The notes: generated by a model from the letters alone, not told the origin. Positions 30,021 to 40,415 are shown, counted from the stretch's first letter. The stretch: DNA of 64,000 nucleotides from an uncultured Chloroflexia bacterium (GCA_963728635.1 CAVSKR010000002.1:365053-429052), one strand, 5' to 3'. Made by a program: numbers and translations.

Positions 30021-31127
30021 TCAACCCCGCTTTCGGCGCCGTTGCGGCTTGGCACGTGCCTTTGCGCCCTGCCTCGGGTCCGCCTTCGGGTCCGCCTTCG
30101 TTTCCCCCTGCGCGTCCTTCCCTGGCAGGTCCCACGACCAGTCCTTGAGGCGACGCAGCAGGCGGCGGCCCGTCAGGTCGAGGTGGATGGGCGTGACCGC
30201 GATCCGGCGGTTGACGACCGCGTGGAAGTCGGTGCCCGGGACCGCCAGTCCGGACGGCGGCGGCCCACCGATCCAGAAATAGGGGATCCCGCGCGGGTCG
30301 AGCCGCTCCACGAGCTGATCGGAGTACACCCGCCGGCCCAGGCGCGTGACCTCGATCCCCTCGCATTCCTCGAGCGTGACGGCCGGCACGTTGACGTTGA
30401 TGAGCTCGCCGCGTGAGAGGCCCTCGGAAAGGATGTTGCGGGCCACGATCGTCGCGGCGTAGCCGGCGAGCGCGAAGTCGGGATGTTCGTAGTACTCCTG
30501 CGAGATCGCGAAGGCCGGGCAGCTGTTGATGACCGCCTCCATCGCCGCACTGACCGTCCCCGAATAGGTGATGTCGTCGCCGAGGTTCGCGCCGTAGTTG
30601 ATGCCGGCCGCGACGAGGTCGAAGCCGTGACCGAAGTAGCCGAGGAAGGCGAGGCTGACCGCATCGGTCGGCGAGCCGTCCACGGAGTACGCGGTGGAGC
30701 CGTCGGCCAGCACGCGCTCCCGGACCCGCAGAGGGCGCATCAGGGTCTTCTGGTGGCCGACTGCGCTCTGGTTCGTGTCCGGCGCCACGACCGTGACCTC
30801 GCCCATCGGCTCGAGCGCCTGCTTCAGCGCGAGCAGACCGCGCGACTCGACGCCGTCGTCGTTCGTGACCAGGATCCGCGGCTTGCTCGTCCACTCCGGG
30901 ACCGGGCGGCTCGGCGTTCTGAGGGCACGTGGTCCGCCTCGCGCCGCGCCGCCGGCCAACGGCTCGCCGCGCTCCTTGTCGAGGTCGCGCCGTTCGGCGC
31001 GCGCCCGCTCGCGGGTCATGTCGGGGACCTCGTCGCGCACCGCGCTCGTCTCGCGCGGCGTCGAGACGTCGTCCGGGGGCGGATCGTCCGCGGCCGGTTC
31101 GTCGGGCGCGGGCGGGTCGTCGGTCAC
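30021..31127 (-). CDS. surE: 5'/3'-nucleotidase SurE
   Basis: ILVTNDDG, GSPTDAV, GINYGANLG, YSGTVSAA; N-terminal extension. Confidence 0.93.
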   Translation of the reverse strand: MTDDPPAPDEPAADDPPPDDVSTPRETSAVRDEVPDMTRERARAERRDLDKERGEPLAGGAARGGPRALRTPSRPVPEWTSKPRILVTNDDGVESRGLLALKQALEPMGEVTVVAPDTNQSAVGHQKTLMRPLRVRERVLADGSTAYSVDGSPTDAVSLAFLGYFGHGFDLVAAGINYGANLGDDITYSGTVSAAMEAVINSCPAFAISQEYYEHPDFALAGYAATIVARNILSEGLSRGELINVNVPAVTLEECEGIEVTRLGRRVYSDQLVERLDPRGIPYFWIGGPPPSGLAVPGTDFHAVVNRRIAVTPIHLDLTGRRLLRRLKDWSWDLPGKDAQGETKADPKADPRQGAKARAKPQRRRKRG

Positions 31128-32314
31128 GGCTCGGGGACGTCGACGGCCTGGCCCGGTGTCGGCTCGCGTGGCACCGTGACCGGCCGGCCCTCCCGCTGGC
31201 TCAGCCGCTTCGCGGCTCGTCCCGCCACGCTGCGATCGCCCGCCGTCCGGTGCAGGAAGTGGAAGAAGAACGACGACACGACGGCCGCGACGGGGATGCC
31301 GAAGATGGCGCCCGGCACGCCCGCGATCTTCGAACCGATGAGCACCGAGCCGAGCACGACGATCGGGTGGATGCCGACCGCGCCCTGCATGATCCGGGGC
31401 TGGAGCGCGTTCATCACGACCATCCAGCCGGCGGCCATGATCACGACCGTGGGCAGCAGCACATCGGGCTTGGTCACGAGCGCCACGATCACCGGCGGCG
31501 CCCAGGCAAGGAACGGACCGAAGAACGGGATCGCCATCAGGACCCCGGCACTCACCGACGAGAGCGCGGTCAGCTCCAGCCCGAGGCCGAGGTGGGTCAG
31601 CAGCGCGATCGTGAAGTACACGATGCCCATGAGGGCCTGGCCACGCAGGAAGCCACCGAACGAGCGAGCCACGGACGTCTGCAGCAGCCGGGCCTCCTCC
31701 GCGTACGACGGCGGCACCAGGCGAAAGAGGAAGGCCATGATCTGGTCGCGGTCGATGACCATGTAGATCGAGAGGATGAACACGATCAGCATCGTCCCGA
31801 CGGCACCGACGCTCGCGACCGCGATCGCCTGGAGCGGGACGATCAGCTGGGCCGCGACCTCATCGAGGTTGTCGAGGATCGCGAGGGCCTGCGTGGCCAG
31901 GTCGACCTGGCCGAGACCGATCGAATCGAACCAGCCCTGCATCGGCGCCACGATCGTGCCGATGTTCGCGCGGACGTCCGGCAGTGATGCCACGAACTGT
32001 GTGATCGACGTCGAGAGGGCCTGCGCGACCACCAGGATCAGGAAGACCAGCAGGATGACGATCGCGGTGTAGACGAGGACGGTCGCGAGCACCCGGGGCA
32101 GCCGCGGGATCAGGTCGACGATGCGGGTGACGACCGGGCTGATGATGAACGCGAGCAGCCAGGCCAGGAAGAAGGCCAGCAGCACGTCGCCGAAGAAGCC
32201 GATCGCCGACGCGGCCAGGTTGACCGCCACGAAGAAGAGCACGATCGTGCCGAGCACGAGGATCGCGCTCACGAGCCGGCGCTCGCGACCTCCCGGTGCG
32301 ATCGCGTCGAGCAC
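31124..32314 (-). CDS. AI-2E (PerM) family transporter
   Basis: Multi-TM; FGGFLRGQ, IPFFGP, LQPRIM, GVPGAIFGIP. Confidence 0.9.
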   Translation of the reverse strand: MLDAIAPGGRERRLVSAILVLGTIVLFFVAVNLAASAIGFFGDVLLAFFLAWLLAFIISPVVTRIVDLIPRLPRVLATVLVYTAIVILLVFLILVVAQALSTSITQFVASLPDVRANIGTIVAPMQGWFDSIGLGQVDLATQALAILDNLDEVAAQLIVPLQAIAVASVGAVGTMLIVFILSIYMVIDRDQIMAFLFRLVPPSYAEEARLLQTSVARSFGGFLRGQALMGIVYFTIALLTHLGLGLELTALSSVSAGVLMAIPFFGPFLAWAPPVIVALVTKPDVLLPTVVIMAAGWMVVMNALQPRIMQGAVGIHPIVVLGSVLIGSKIAGVPGAIFGIPVAAVVSSFFFHFLHRTAGDRSVAGRAAKRLSQREGRPVTVPREPTPGQAVDVPEP

Positions 32315-32320
32315 GCGGTC

Positions 32321-33340
32321 CTACCGTAGACCCATCTTGTGGCGGACCTCGTCCATGGTCGCCTCGGCGATCGGGCGCACCCGCTCGGCGCCCTCGGTGA
32401 GGATCGACTCGATCCGTGCCGGATCGGCCATCAGCTCCCGGTAGCGCTCGCGCGCCTCTGCGTACCGTGCCAGCACCCGATCCGCGAGCAGCTTCTTCGT
32501 ATCGACGCAGCCGGTCCGCGCCGTCCGCTCACCATCCCAGATCTCCTCGTAGTCGTCGCCGAAGGACCGGTGGAGCTGGCACACGTTGCAGACCTCGGGA
32601 CGGCCCGGGTCCGTTCGCAGGATCCGCTTCGTGTCGGTGACCATGCTCATGATCTGCTTCCGGATCTCGTCCTCCGGCGCGAAGATGTCGATGGTGTTGC
32701 CGAGCGATTTGCTCATCTTGCGGACGCCGTCGGTGCCGAGGATGATCGGCGATTCGGTGAAGACGGGCTGGGGCTCGGGAAACGTGTCGCCGTAGCGGTT
32801 GTTGAACGACCGCACGATCTCGCGCGACAGCTCGAGATGGGCGACCTGGTCCTTGCCCACCGGTACGAGCGACGCCTTGTAGATGACGATGTCGGCGGCC
32901 TGCAGGACCGGGTAGGTCAGCAGCCCGTGGTTGATGTCATCAGGCTGGTACTGGCGCTTCTCCTTGTAGGTCGGTGTTCGCTCGAGCCAGCTGACCGGGG
33001 TCACCGTCATCAAGAGCCAGGCGAGCTCCGTATGCTCGGGTCGGTGGCTCTGGACGAACAACGTGCAGCGCTCGGGGTCGAGCCCGAGGGCCAGCAGACC
33101 GGCGGCCATCTCACGTGTCTGGCGGCGGAGCACATCGGCGTCGTGCAGGCTCGTGAGCGCGTGGTAGTCGACGATGCAGTAGATCGCCTCGTATTCCCAC
33201 TGGAGCTTCACGTAGTTTCGGATCGCGCCTAGGTCGTTCCCGATGTGGGGCACCCCGGTGGGCTGGATGCCGGAGAAGATCCGGGGTCTCGGGGCGGCCT
33301 CAGCCACGGGCGACGGAGCGGGCAGGATCTCGGTCGTCAT
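32321..33340 (-). CDS. trpS: Tryptophan--tRNA ligase
   Basis: FSGIQPTG.PHIGN, YPVLQAADI, VPVGKDQ, KMSKS. Confidence 0.98.
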   Translation of the reverse strand: MTTEILPAPSPVAEAAPRPRIFSGIQPTGVPHIGNDLGAIRNYVKLQWEYEAIYCIVDYHALTSLHDADVLRRQTREMAAGLLALGLDPERCTLFVQSHRPEHTELAWLLMTVTPVSWLERTPTYKEKRQYQPDDINHGLLTYPVLQAADIVIYKASLVPVGKDQVAHLELSREIVRSFNNRYGDTFPEPQPVFTESPIILGTDGVRKMSKSLGNTIDIFAPEDEIRKQIMSMVTDTKRILRTDPGRPEVCNVCQLHRSFGDDYEEIWDGERTARTGCVDTKKLLADRVLARYAEARERYRELMADPARIESILTEGAERVRPIAEATMDEVRHKMGLR

Positions 33341-33403
33341 CGTGCGGGAGTGTAATCGACGGTCCTTGGCGGACGATCCCTCACGGGACCCTGGCGTCCG
33401 GCG

Positions 33404-33850
33404 CTAGTCCTCGCCGATGTCCTCGTTCCAGATCTCGGGGTGGGCGGCGATGAACTCGTCCATCAGTGCCACGCACTCTGCCGAATCGAGGTTCACGACC
33501 TCGACGCCGCGCGATCGGAGCAGGTCCTCGCCGCCCACGAATGTCCGGTTCTCACCGATGACGACCCGCGGGATCCCGTACAGGAGGATCGCCCCGGTGC
33601 ACATGTCGCAGGGGGAAAGCGTCGTGTACATCGTCGCCCGGCGATAGACGGCAGCGGGCTGGCGGCCGGCGACCTCGAGTGCATCGGTCTCACCGTGGCG
33701 GATCGCGCTGCCCTGCTGGACGCGGCGGTTGTGGCCGGCGCCCAGCACCTGCCCGTCGACCACCAGCGCGGCTCCGATCGGGACGCCGCCTTCGTCGCGC
33801 CCGACGCGTGCCTGTTCGATCGCGACGGCGAGGAACTTCTGGTCTGTCAT
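33404..33850 (-). CDS. Zn-dependent nucleoside/cytosine deaminase (CDA fold)
   Basis: GGVPIGA, HGE, SPCDMC, WNEDIG. Confidence 0.88.
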   Translation of the reverse strand: MTDQKFLAVAIEQARVGRDEGGVPIGAALVVDGQVLGAGHNRRVQQGSAIRHGETDALEVAGRQPAAVYRRATMYTTLSPCDMCTGAILLYGIPRVVIGENRTFVGGEDLLRSRGVEVVNLDSAECVALMDEFIAAHPEIWNEDIGED

Positions 33851-33857
33851 GGTCTCC

Positions 33858-34772
33858 TCAGCTTCGGCGATATGGCTTCAGGTACGCCCCCGGATACGCG
33901 ACGTTGCGGCCCGAGATCGCGAGCGCCGCGATGACGACAAGATACGGAAGTGCGAGGAGCAGCTCGAAGGGGATGTCCCCGAAACCGGGGAGGATCCGGA
34001 GCCGGAGCTGGAGCGAGTAGACCGCCGCGAACAGGAGGGCACCGGCGACGACCCGCATGATCCGCCATCGACCGAAGATCACCAGGGCGACAGCGACCCA
34101 GCCGCGGCCCGCGATGATGTCAAGCGTGAAGCTGCCGAGCAGCGCGAGGGTGATGAAGGCGCCCCCGATCGCCATCAGCGCGCCGCCCAGCATGAGGGCG
34201 AGGTAGCGGGTCCGCCCGACCCGGATGCCGGCCGCGTCGGCGGCCTCGGGGTTCTCGCCGACGGCACGCACGTCGAGTCCGAACGACGATCGATTCAGGA
34301 GCCACCATGCCGCCGGCACCACGACCAGGAACGCAAGCCACGTCAGCCCGTACTGGCTGAAGACCGGCGCCAGCGGGCCGAGGACAGCGGGAGCGTCAAG
34401 GGCCGGGAACGGGTCGATCCGCACGATCTCGGTGCCGCCGAAGATCAGCCGGTTTGTGAACTCCGACAGCCCGATCAGCCCGATCGTCAGGCCGATGCCG
34501 GAGACGTGCTGGTTGGCCCCCAGGGTCACCGTGAGCAGCGCCATGAGCGCTCCGGCGGATAGCCCCACGACGATGGCGGCGGCCAGCCCGAGGAGCAGTG
34601 AGCCCGTCGCGTACGCCACGGCGAACCCGGAGAACGCTCCGGCGTACATCGTCCCCTCGATCCCGAGGTTGAGGACGCCCGAGCGTTCCGAGAACGTCTC
34701 ACCGACGCCCCCGTACACGAGCGGCGTGGCGTTCCGCAGAGTGGCCGCGATCAGGTCGACGAGGAAGTTCAT
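33858..34772 (-). CDS. Nucleoside-type ABC permease
   Basis: SERSGVLNLGIEG, AVGENPEAADAAGI, AGRGW. Confidence 0.9.
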   Translation of the reverse strand: MNFLVDLIAATLRNATPLVYGGVGETFSERSGVLNLGIEGTMYAGAFSGFAVAYATGSLLLGLAAAIVVGLSAGALMALLTVTLGANQHVSGIGLTIGLIGLSEFTNRLIFGGTEIVRIDPFPALDAPAVLGPLAPVFSQYGLTWLAFLVVVPAAWWLLNRSSFGLDVRAVGENPEAADAAGIRVGRTRYLALMLGGALMAIGGAFITLALLGSFTLDIIAGRGWVAVALVIFGRWRIMRVVAGALLFAAVYSLQLRLRILPGFGDIPFELLLALPYLVVIAALAISGRNVAYPGAYLKPYRRS

Positions 34773-35944
34773 GGCTCGCCGTCATCGCGCTTGGGCGCGG
34801 GCGTCTCGTCGAGCTCTTCCGGACGCACCGACATGTCCGCCGCGACGACGTCAGCCGCGACACCTGCCGCGTCGGGCGTGATCGCCGCGCCGACCAGTCG
34901 ATTCCGTCGGATCGCGAGCAGCCCGATGGTCACCAGGAGCAGCGTCGCCTGGACGACGGCCCCGAGCTGCGACGGGATCCCGAGCGCCCGTCCCGCCGAG
35001 CTGGCGCCGACCGCGAGGTCCCCGAGCAGCAGGGCTGCCAGCGCGACGCCCGGCATGGACAATGCGCCGAGTGTCGCCACGACGATCCCCGTGTATCCAT
35101 AGCCCGGCGAGATCCCGGATGTCAGCCGGTACTGGATCCCCGCCACCTCGCCGACACCGGCGATGCCGGCGATCGCGCCGCTGGCGAGTGCCGTCAGGAG
35201 CAGCGTCCGTCCGACATCGATGCCGGCGAACCGTGCACCGTGCGGGCTGAGGCCGACGGCCCGAAGCCGGAGCCCGGCCGGCGTCCGCCCGACCACATAA
35301 CCGACCGCCGATACGACCAGGATCGCCACGAGGAAGCCGAGATGCAGGCGTGACCGGTCGAGCAGCTGCGGGAACTCCGCGGCCTCCACGATGCGAGGCG
35401 ATTCCGGGAACCCCGACACCGGATCGCGCCACGGACCGTGCAGCAGCGCGTTGACGAGTAGCAGCGCGACGGGGTTGAGAAGGAGCGTCGTCACGACCTC
35501 GTCGATCCCGAAGCGGACCCGGAGGAGCGCGGGACCAAGGGCCCACAGCGCGCCGCCGACCGCCCCGCCCAGGATCATGAGCGGGATCGCGATTCCTTGC
35601 GGCAGCCCGGCGATCTGGCCGATGGCCGCCGCCATGATCGCCCCGACGAGCAGCTGGCCTTCTGCCCCGATGTTCCAGTAGCCGCCTCGGAACGCGAGCG
35701 CGACCGCCGTCCCCGTGAGGAGCAGCGGCGTCGCGGTGACCAGGACCTCGAGGACGGAGAACCGCGAGGTCAGGGGCACGAGGAGGAACTCCGCATAGGC
35801 GGTGATGGGGTTCGCCCCGGCGAGCGCGATGGGGCCCGCCGTCAGAAGGAACGTGACCACGACGGCCATGAGCACGAGCCCGGGCGTCGACCATGGGAGC
35901 GCCCGCCAGCGCGGCGTCCGAATGGCGCCGGTGCCGGCCGTCAT
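34769..35944 (-). CDS. Nucleoside-type ABC permease
   Basis: WNIGAEGQ, DEVVTTLLLN, GYGYTGIVVA. Confidence 0.9.
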   Translation of the reverse strand: MTAGTGAIRTPRWRALPWSTPGLVLMAVVVTFLLTAGPIALAGANPITAYAEFLLVPLTSRFSVLEVLVTATPLLLTGTAVALAFRGGYWNIGAEGQLLVGAIMAAAIGQIAGLPQGIAIPLMILGGAVGGALWALGPALLRVRFGIDEVVTTLLLNPVALLLVNALLHGPWRDPVSGFPESPRIVEAAEFPQLLDRSRLHLGFLVAILVVSAVGYVVGRTPAGLRLRAVGLSPHGARFAGIDVGRTLLLTALASGAIAGIAGVGEVAGIQYRLTSGISPGYGYTGIVVATLGALSMPGVALAALLLGDLAVGASSAGRALGIPSQLGAVVQATLLLVTIGLLAIRRNRLVGAAITPDAAGVAADVVAADMSVRPEELDETPAPKRDDGEP

Positions 35945-37464
35945 GCAGCCCGTCCGTCAGGATCGGCGCTCCGTCCGGCCATGAGCAGCCCAAGGCGCTC
36001 CAGGTCGGCGTCCTCCGTGCGCATCTCGCCCACGATGCGCCCCTCGTACAGCACGATCAGGCGATCAGCCAGGGCCAGGAGCTCGTCGAGGTCCTCGGAC
36101 ACGAGGAGGACCGCGCTCCCGGCCGCCCGTCGAGCAAGCAGCTCGGATCGGACGTACTCGGTCGCGCCGACGTCGAGCCCGCGCGTGGGTTGGGACACGA
36201 CGACGACCCGCGGATCCCTCGACAGGACCCGGGCGAGCAGCACCTTCTGGACGTTCCCACCGGACAGCGTTCCGAGCCGGTCGTCGGGTCGGGCACGGAT
36301 CGAAAAACGCTTGATGAGGTCTGCGGCGTGGTCGCGGATACGACGCTCGTCCAGCCGAGCCCATCCGCCGAAATCGTCGATTCGCTCCAGGACCAGGTTC
36401 AGCGCGACGGACAGGTCGGGCACGAGCGATGCGTGGCGATCCTCCGGGATACGACCGACCCCGGCTTCGACGACCTCCCGGGGCTGCGCGCCCGCCAGCT
36501 CGGCGTCGCCGACCTTCACGGATCCCGCATCCGGGCGGCGCATCCCGGCGAGCACGTCGACGAGCTCGGTCTGGCCGTTGCCGGATACCCCCGCGACACC
36601 CAGGATCTCGCCCGGCGCGATGTCGAAGGAGACGGATCCCAGGGCATCGACCCCAGATCCGCTGACGCGGAGCTCGCGGACCCGGAGTAGCGACCCGTCC
36701 GCTCGGGCAGACGTATCGGCAGGCCGCTCGACCCGGGCCATCGGACGCCCGACCATCATGCGCGCCAGCTCGCGCTCGTCGGTGGTGCCGGCTGCAGTTC
36801 CGACCAGCGACCCCTTGCGCAGGACGCTGACCCGGTCGCTGATGGCGCGGACCTCGCCCAGCTTGTGGCTGATGAAGACGACGCCGAGGCCATCGGCCAC
36901 GAGCTGTCGCAGCGTCTCGAAGAGGGTCGTGACCTCCTGGGGGACGAGCACCGCGGTCGGCTCGTCGAGAACCAGCACGCGGCAGTCACGCGCAAGGGCC
37001 TTGAGGAGCTCGACACGCTGCTGCTCTCCGATCGACAGGTCCCCGACCCGTTTCCGCGGATCTACCGCGATCCCGTAGCGCGCCGAGACCTCTGCCACGT
37101 GAGCCAGTGCCGCCTGCTCGTCGTAGCGGAATGGCGATCGCCCGAGAGCGAGGTTCTCCGCGACCGTCATCGGTCGCACGAGCGAAAAGTGTTGCGTCAC
37201 CATGCCGATCCCAGCCGCGATGGCATCCCGCGGCGAGCGGATGGCGAATGGCCGCCCGTCGACGAGGATCTCGCCGGCATCGGGCGTCGCCAGCCCGTAC
37301 AGGATGCGCATCAGCGTCGTCTTGCCCGCCCCGTTCTCGCCGAGGAGGGCATGCACCTCGCCGCGCCGGATCGCGAGATCGACGCGGTCGTTGGCGACGA
37401 GGTGCCCGAAGCGCTTGCTGATCCCGCGGAGTTCGACGAGCGGCTCCGGCACGGCCGGGATCAC
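35941..37464 (-). CDS. Nucleoside-type ABC ATP-binding protein (two NBD halves)
   Basis: GENGAGKTT, LSIGEQQ, DEPTAVL, LSGGNVQK, QPTRGLD. Confidence 0.93.
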   Translation of the reverse strand: MIPAVPEPLVELRGISKRFGHLVANDRVDLAIRRGEVHALLGENGAGKTTLMRILYGLATPDAGEILVDGRPFAIRSPRDAIAAGIGMVTQHFSLVRPMTVAENLALGRSPFRYDEQAALAHVAEVSARYGIAVDPRKRVGDLSIGEQQRVELLKALARDCRVLVLDEPTAVLVPQEVTTLFETLRQLVADGLGVVFISHKLGEVRAISDRVSVLRKGSLVGTAAGTTDERELARMMVGRPMARVERPADTSARADGSLLRVRELRVSGSGVDALGSVSFDIAPGEILGVAGVSGNGQTELVDVLAGMRRPDAGSVKVGDAELAGAQPREVVEAGVGRIPEDRHASLVPDLSVALNLVLERIDDFGGWARLDERRIRDHAADLIKRFSIRARPDDRLGTLSGGNVQKVLLARVLSRDPRVVVVSQPTRGLDVGATEYVRSELLARRAAGSAVLLVSEDLDELLALADRLIVLYEGRIVGEMRTEDADLERLGLLMAGRSADPDGRAA

Positions 37465-37491
37465 GCCACGGTCAGCTGGCCGGACGAATCG

Positions 37492-38613
37492 TCAGCCCGC
37501 CGGGACGGTCGCGCCCGGTGGGGTCGCCTCGTTGATGTCGACGCGGAACGTACCCGACTTGATCGCGGTCTCCTTGTCTTTGACCTTTGTCAGGAGATCG
37601 TCCGGCACGCCGCCAGCGACCGAGGCGTTGATCTGGGCAAGGGCAGCGCCGCCCTTCGCCACCATGCTGAAGTCCTTGAGGTCCTGGGCGGTGTAGGAGC
37701 CCGCCATCACCTGGTCGATGACGTAGCCGACCGTCGGCTTCATGTTCCAGGTCACGCTGCTGACGACGTGCTGAGGCGCCAGCTCCTGCTGGTCGCTCAT
37801 GTTGCCGATGGCGAGCAGGTCGTTTTCCGACGCCGCTTCGATGACGCCGAATCGCTCGGCGAACAGGACGTCCGCTCCCGCGCCGACCTGGGCCAGGGCC
37901 GCCTCCTTCGCCGCCGCCGGGTCGAACCAACTGTTGAGGAAGGTGACCTTGACCTCGACGTTCGGATTGACTTCCTTGGCGCCGCCGATGAACGCGTTGA
38001 CGATGCGGTTGACCTCGGGCACGGGATAGCCGCCGACGACGCCGAGAGTGTTCGACTTCGTCAGGCCACCGGCGAGCATCCCGGCCAGGTACGCCGGCTC
38101 GTGGATCCAGTTGTCGAAGACGGAGAAGTTCGGTTCGGCCGGGCCGCCGCCGGATCCGAAGACGAACGCGATGTCCGGATACTCGGCCGCCACGCGGCGC
38201 GCGGCTTCCTCGTTGCCGAACGCGTCACCGAAGATGATGGCCGGCTGATCGCGCTCGGCGACCTCGCGGAGCACACGCTCCATGTCGCCCGAGTAGCCGA
38301 TCGCGTCGGTGAAGTCGTAGGTGATGCGCCCGGCTGCCTTCTCGTCTTCGAGCGCGCTGTGGATGACGCCGTCCCACGGTTCCTCGATCTCCGTGGCGAA
38401 GGCGCCGAAGACCGAGAGCGTCCCCGCGGCGGATGGACTGGCCGCCTGGCTCGGGGTGCCGGCCGAGGCACTGGCCGGCGGCGCCGACGCGCTCGGGGTC
38501 GCGGTAGTCCCGCATGCGCCGACGAGCAGGATCGCGACACAGAGTGCTGCAAGTCTGATCGTGCGCGACATCGGCGAGGTGATTGACGGGTGGCGACGAC
38601 GTTGACCGAGCAT
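37492..38613 (-). CDS. BMP family ABC substrate-binding lipoprotein
   Basis: AGGAGG SD; VGAC lipobox; EPAYLAGMLAG, GVVGGYPVPEV, SWFDP. Confidence 0.92.
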   Translation of the reverse strand: MLGQRRRHPSITSPMSRTIRLAALCVAILLVGACGTTATPSASAPPASASAGTPSQAASPSAAGTLSVFGAFATEIEEPWDGVIHSALEDEKAAGRITYDFTDAIGYSGDMERVLREVAERDQPAIIFGDAFGNEEAARRVAAEYPDIAFVFGSGGGPAEPNFSVFDNWIHEPAYLAGMLAGGLTKSNTLGVVGGYPVPEVNRIVNAFIGGAKEVNPNVEVKVTFLNSWFDPAAAKEAALAQVGAGADVLFAERFGVIEAASENDLLAIGNMSDQQELAPQHVVSSVTWNMKPTVGYVIDQVMAGSYTAQDLKDFSMVAKGGAALAQINASVAGGVPDDLLTKVKDKETAIKSGTFRVDINEATPPGATVPAG

Positions 38614-38729
38614 GGCCTCCTCCTGCCTTCTCGTAGCTCACTCCGGCCTCTGGGACGGACAGCGTGATGTCGCGCGGTTCTGGTGATCGCGGCAATCCGG
38701 CCGCGGTGTCCCCACGCAACGGTGGCGGC

Positions 38730-38758
38730 AGTGTCCGGCGGTCGTACGGCGCTGTCAA
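38730..38758 (-). promoter_or_regulatory. Sigma70-type promoter of BMP ABC operon
   Basis: Minus strand TTGACA-17 nt-GACACT, about 115 nt before the start codon. Confidence 0.6.
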
Positions 38759-38972
38759 ACATCCGGTTGTCACGTGAATGCAACGCGGGTCTTGCGGCGG
38801 TGACATGTCGTCCCAACTGCTCGAGCGGTTGCATCGCGATGACCCCCGAGGTCGCGTCCCAAGCCCGAGGGGAGGTGAGCCGTCCGAGCCTGACTGCGCT
38901 CCGCGTGACCGAGCCCCGCGTGCCCTTGCGTGCTGCGCGGCCCGACCGGGTCGCTTTTGGAGGAGGGATCAG

Positions 38973-40415
38973 TTGGCCACGTCCGCCGCCCCGCTCCCCG
39001 CGTCCGAGACCCCCGTCTATCGGTACAAACTGCCGTTCGTGATCACGGCCTCCGCCGCGGGGACCGTGATCGAGTGGTACGACTTCTATCTGTACGGTGT
39101 CCTCGCCGCGTTCTTCGCGACGCAGTTCTTCCCGCCAGGCAACGAGGTCGCCGCGCTCCTGTCGTCGCTGGCGACATTCGGCGCCGGGTTCGCCGTGCGG
39201 CCGTTCGGCGCCGCCTTCTTTGGCCGGATCGGCGACATCATCGGTCGGAAGTTCACCTTCCTCGTGACGATCTCGCTGATGGGCGGCGCGACCGCGCTCG
39301 TCGGCGTCCTGCCGACGTACGCCCAGATCGGCGTCCTTGCGCCCATCATCCTCGTGCTTCTGCGCCTGGCCCAGGGACTGGCGCTGGGCGGCGAGTACGG
39401 CGGTGCCGCGATCTACGTCGCGGAGCACTCGCCGGACCACGAGCGTGGGAAGTACACCAGCTGGATCCAGACGACGGCAACGGTCGGATTGCTGCTCGCC
39501 CTTGTCGTCATCGCGGTCTTCCGGGTATCGATGGGCGATGAGGCATTCCGTGCGTACGGCTGGCGCATCCCCTTCATCCTGTCGGCCGTCCTCGTCGTGT
39601 TCGCGCTCATCATTCGACTGCGACTCCAGGAAACGCCGTTGTTCACGCGGCTCAAGGCCGAGGGCAATTCGTCGACATCGCCGTGGCGTGAGAGCTTCGG
39701 CGACCCGGGCAATCGCAAGCTGATCCTGCTGGCCCTGTTCGGCATGACCGCCGGTCAGGCCGTGGTCTGGTATCAGGGCCAGTTCCAGGCGCTGTTCTTC
39801 ATGCAGAACATCCTGGGTCTCGGGTACCTGAACTCCTACCTCGTGGTCGGAACGGCGATCGTCCTCGCGACCCCGTTCTTCATCGTGTTCGGGCGGCTGT
39901 CCGATCGGATCGGGCGCAAGCCGATCATCCTCGGCGGCTGCCTCATCGCGGCGCTGACGTATTACCCGATCTACAACCTGATGTTCGCGGTGGCCAACCC
40001 GGTCGCGAACCCGAAGACCGACCCAGCCATCACCTCGACATTCATCAGCGCAAACCCGAATCTCGTGGCGCTCATCGCGCTCGTTTGGATCCAGGTCGTG
40101 TTCGTGACCATGGTGTACGGCCCGATCGCGGCGTTCCTCGTCGAGTACTTCCCGGCCCGGATCCGCTATACGTCGCTGTCGATCCCCTATCACATCGGCA
40201 ACGGCTGGTTCGGCGGTTTCCTGCCGCTCATCGCGGCGTCGCTGTTCGCGGCGACCGGCAACATCTACGCGGGATTGATCTATCCCATCGTCGTCGCCCT
40301 GATGACGGCGTTCATCGGCTGGCGCTTCGTGCGCGAGACCAAGGATGTGCGCATCTGGGACGAAGTCGGCGGGCAGACCGAGAACGTCCCGAAAGGGAGC
40401 GGCGCCGTGACCTGA
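38973..40415 (+). CDS. MFS transporter, metabolite:H+ symporter (MHS) family
   Basis: TTG after GGAGGAGG; GTVIEWYDFY, RPFGA.FFG..GD, GGEYGGA, LSDRIGRKP, YHIGNGWFGG. Confidence 0.93.
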   Translation: MATSAAPLPASETPVYRYKLPFVITASAAGTVIEWYDFYLYGVLAAFFATQFFPPGNEVAALLSSLATFGAGFAVRPFGAAFFGRIGDIIGRKFTFLVTISLMGGATALVGVLPTYAQIGVLAPIILVLLRLAQGLALGGEYGGAAIYVAEHSPDHERGKYTSWIQTTATVGLLLALVVIAVFRVSMGDEAFRAYGWRIPFILSAVLVVFALIIRLRLQETPLFTRLKAEGNSSTSPWRESFGDPGNRKLILLALFGMTAGQAVVWYQGQFQALFFMQNILGLGYLNSYLVVGTAIVLATPFFIVFGRLSDRIGRKPIILGGCLIAALTYYPIYNLMFAVANPVANPKTDPAITSTFISANPNLVALIALVWIQVVFVTMVYGPIAAFLVEYFPARIRYTSLSIPYHIGNGWFGGFLPLIAASLFAATGNIYAGLIYPIVVALMTAFIGWRFVRETKDVRIWDEVGGQTENVPKGSGAVT

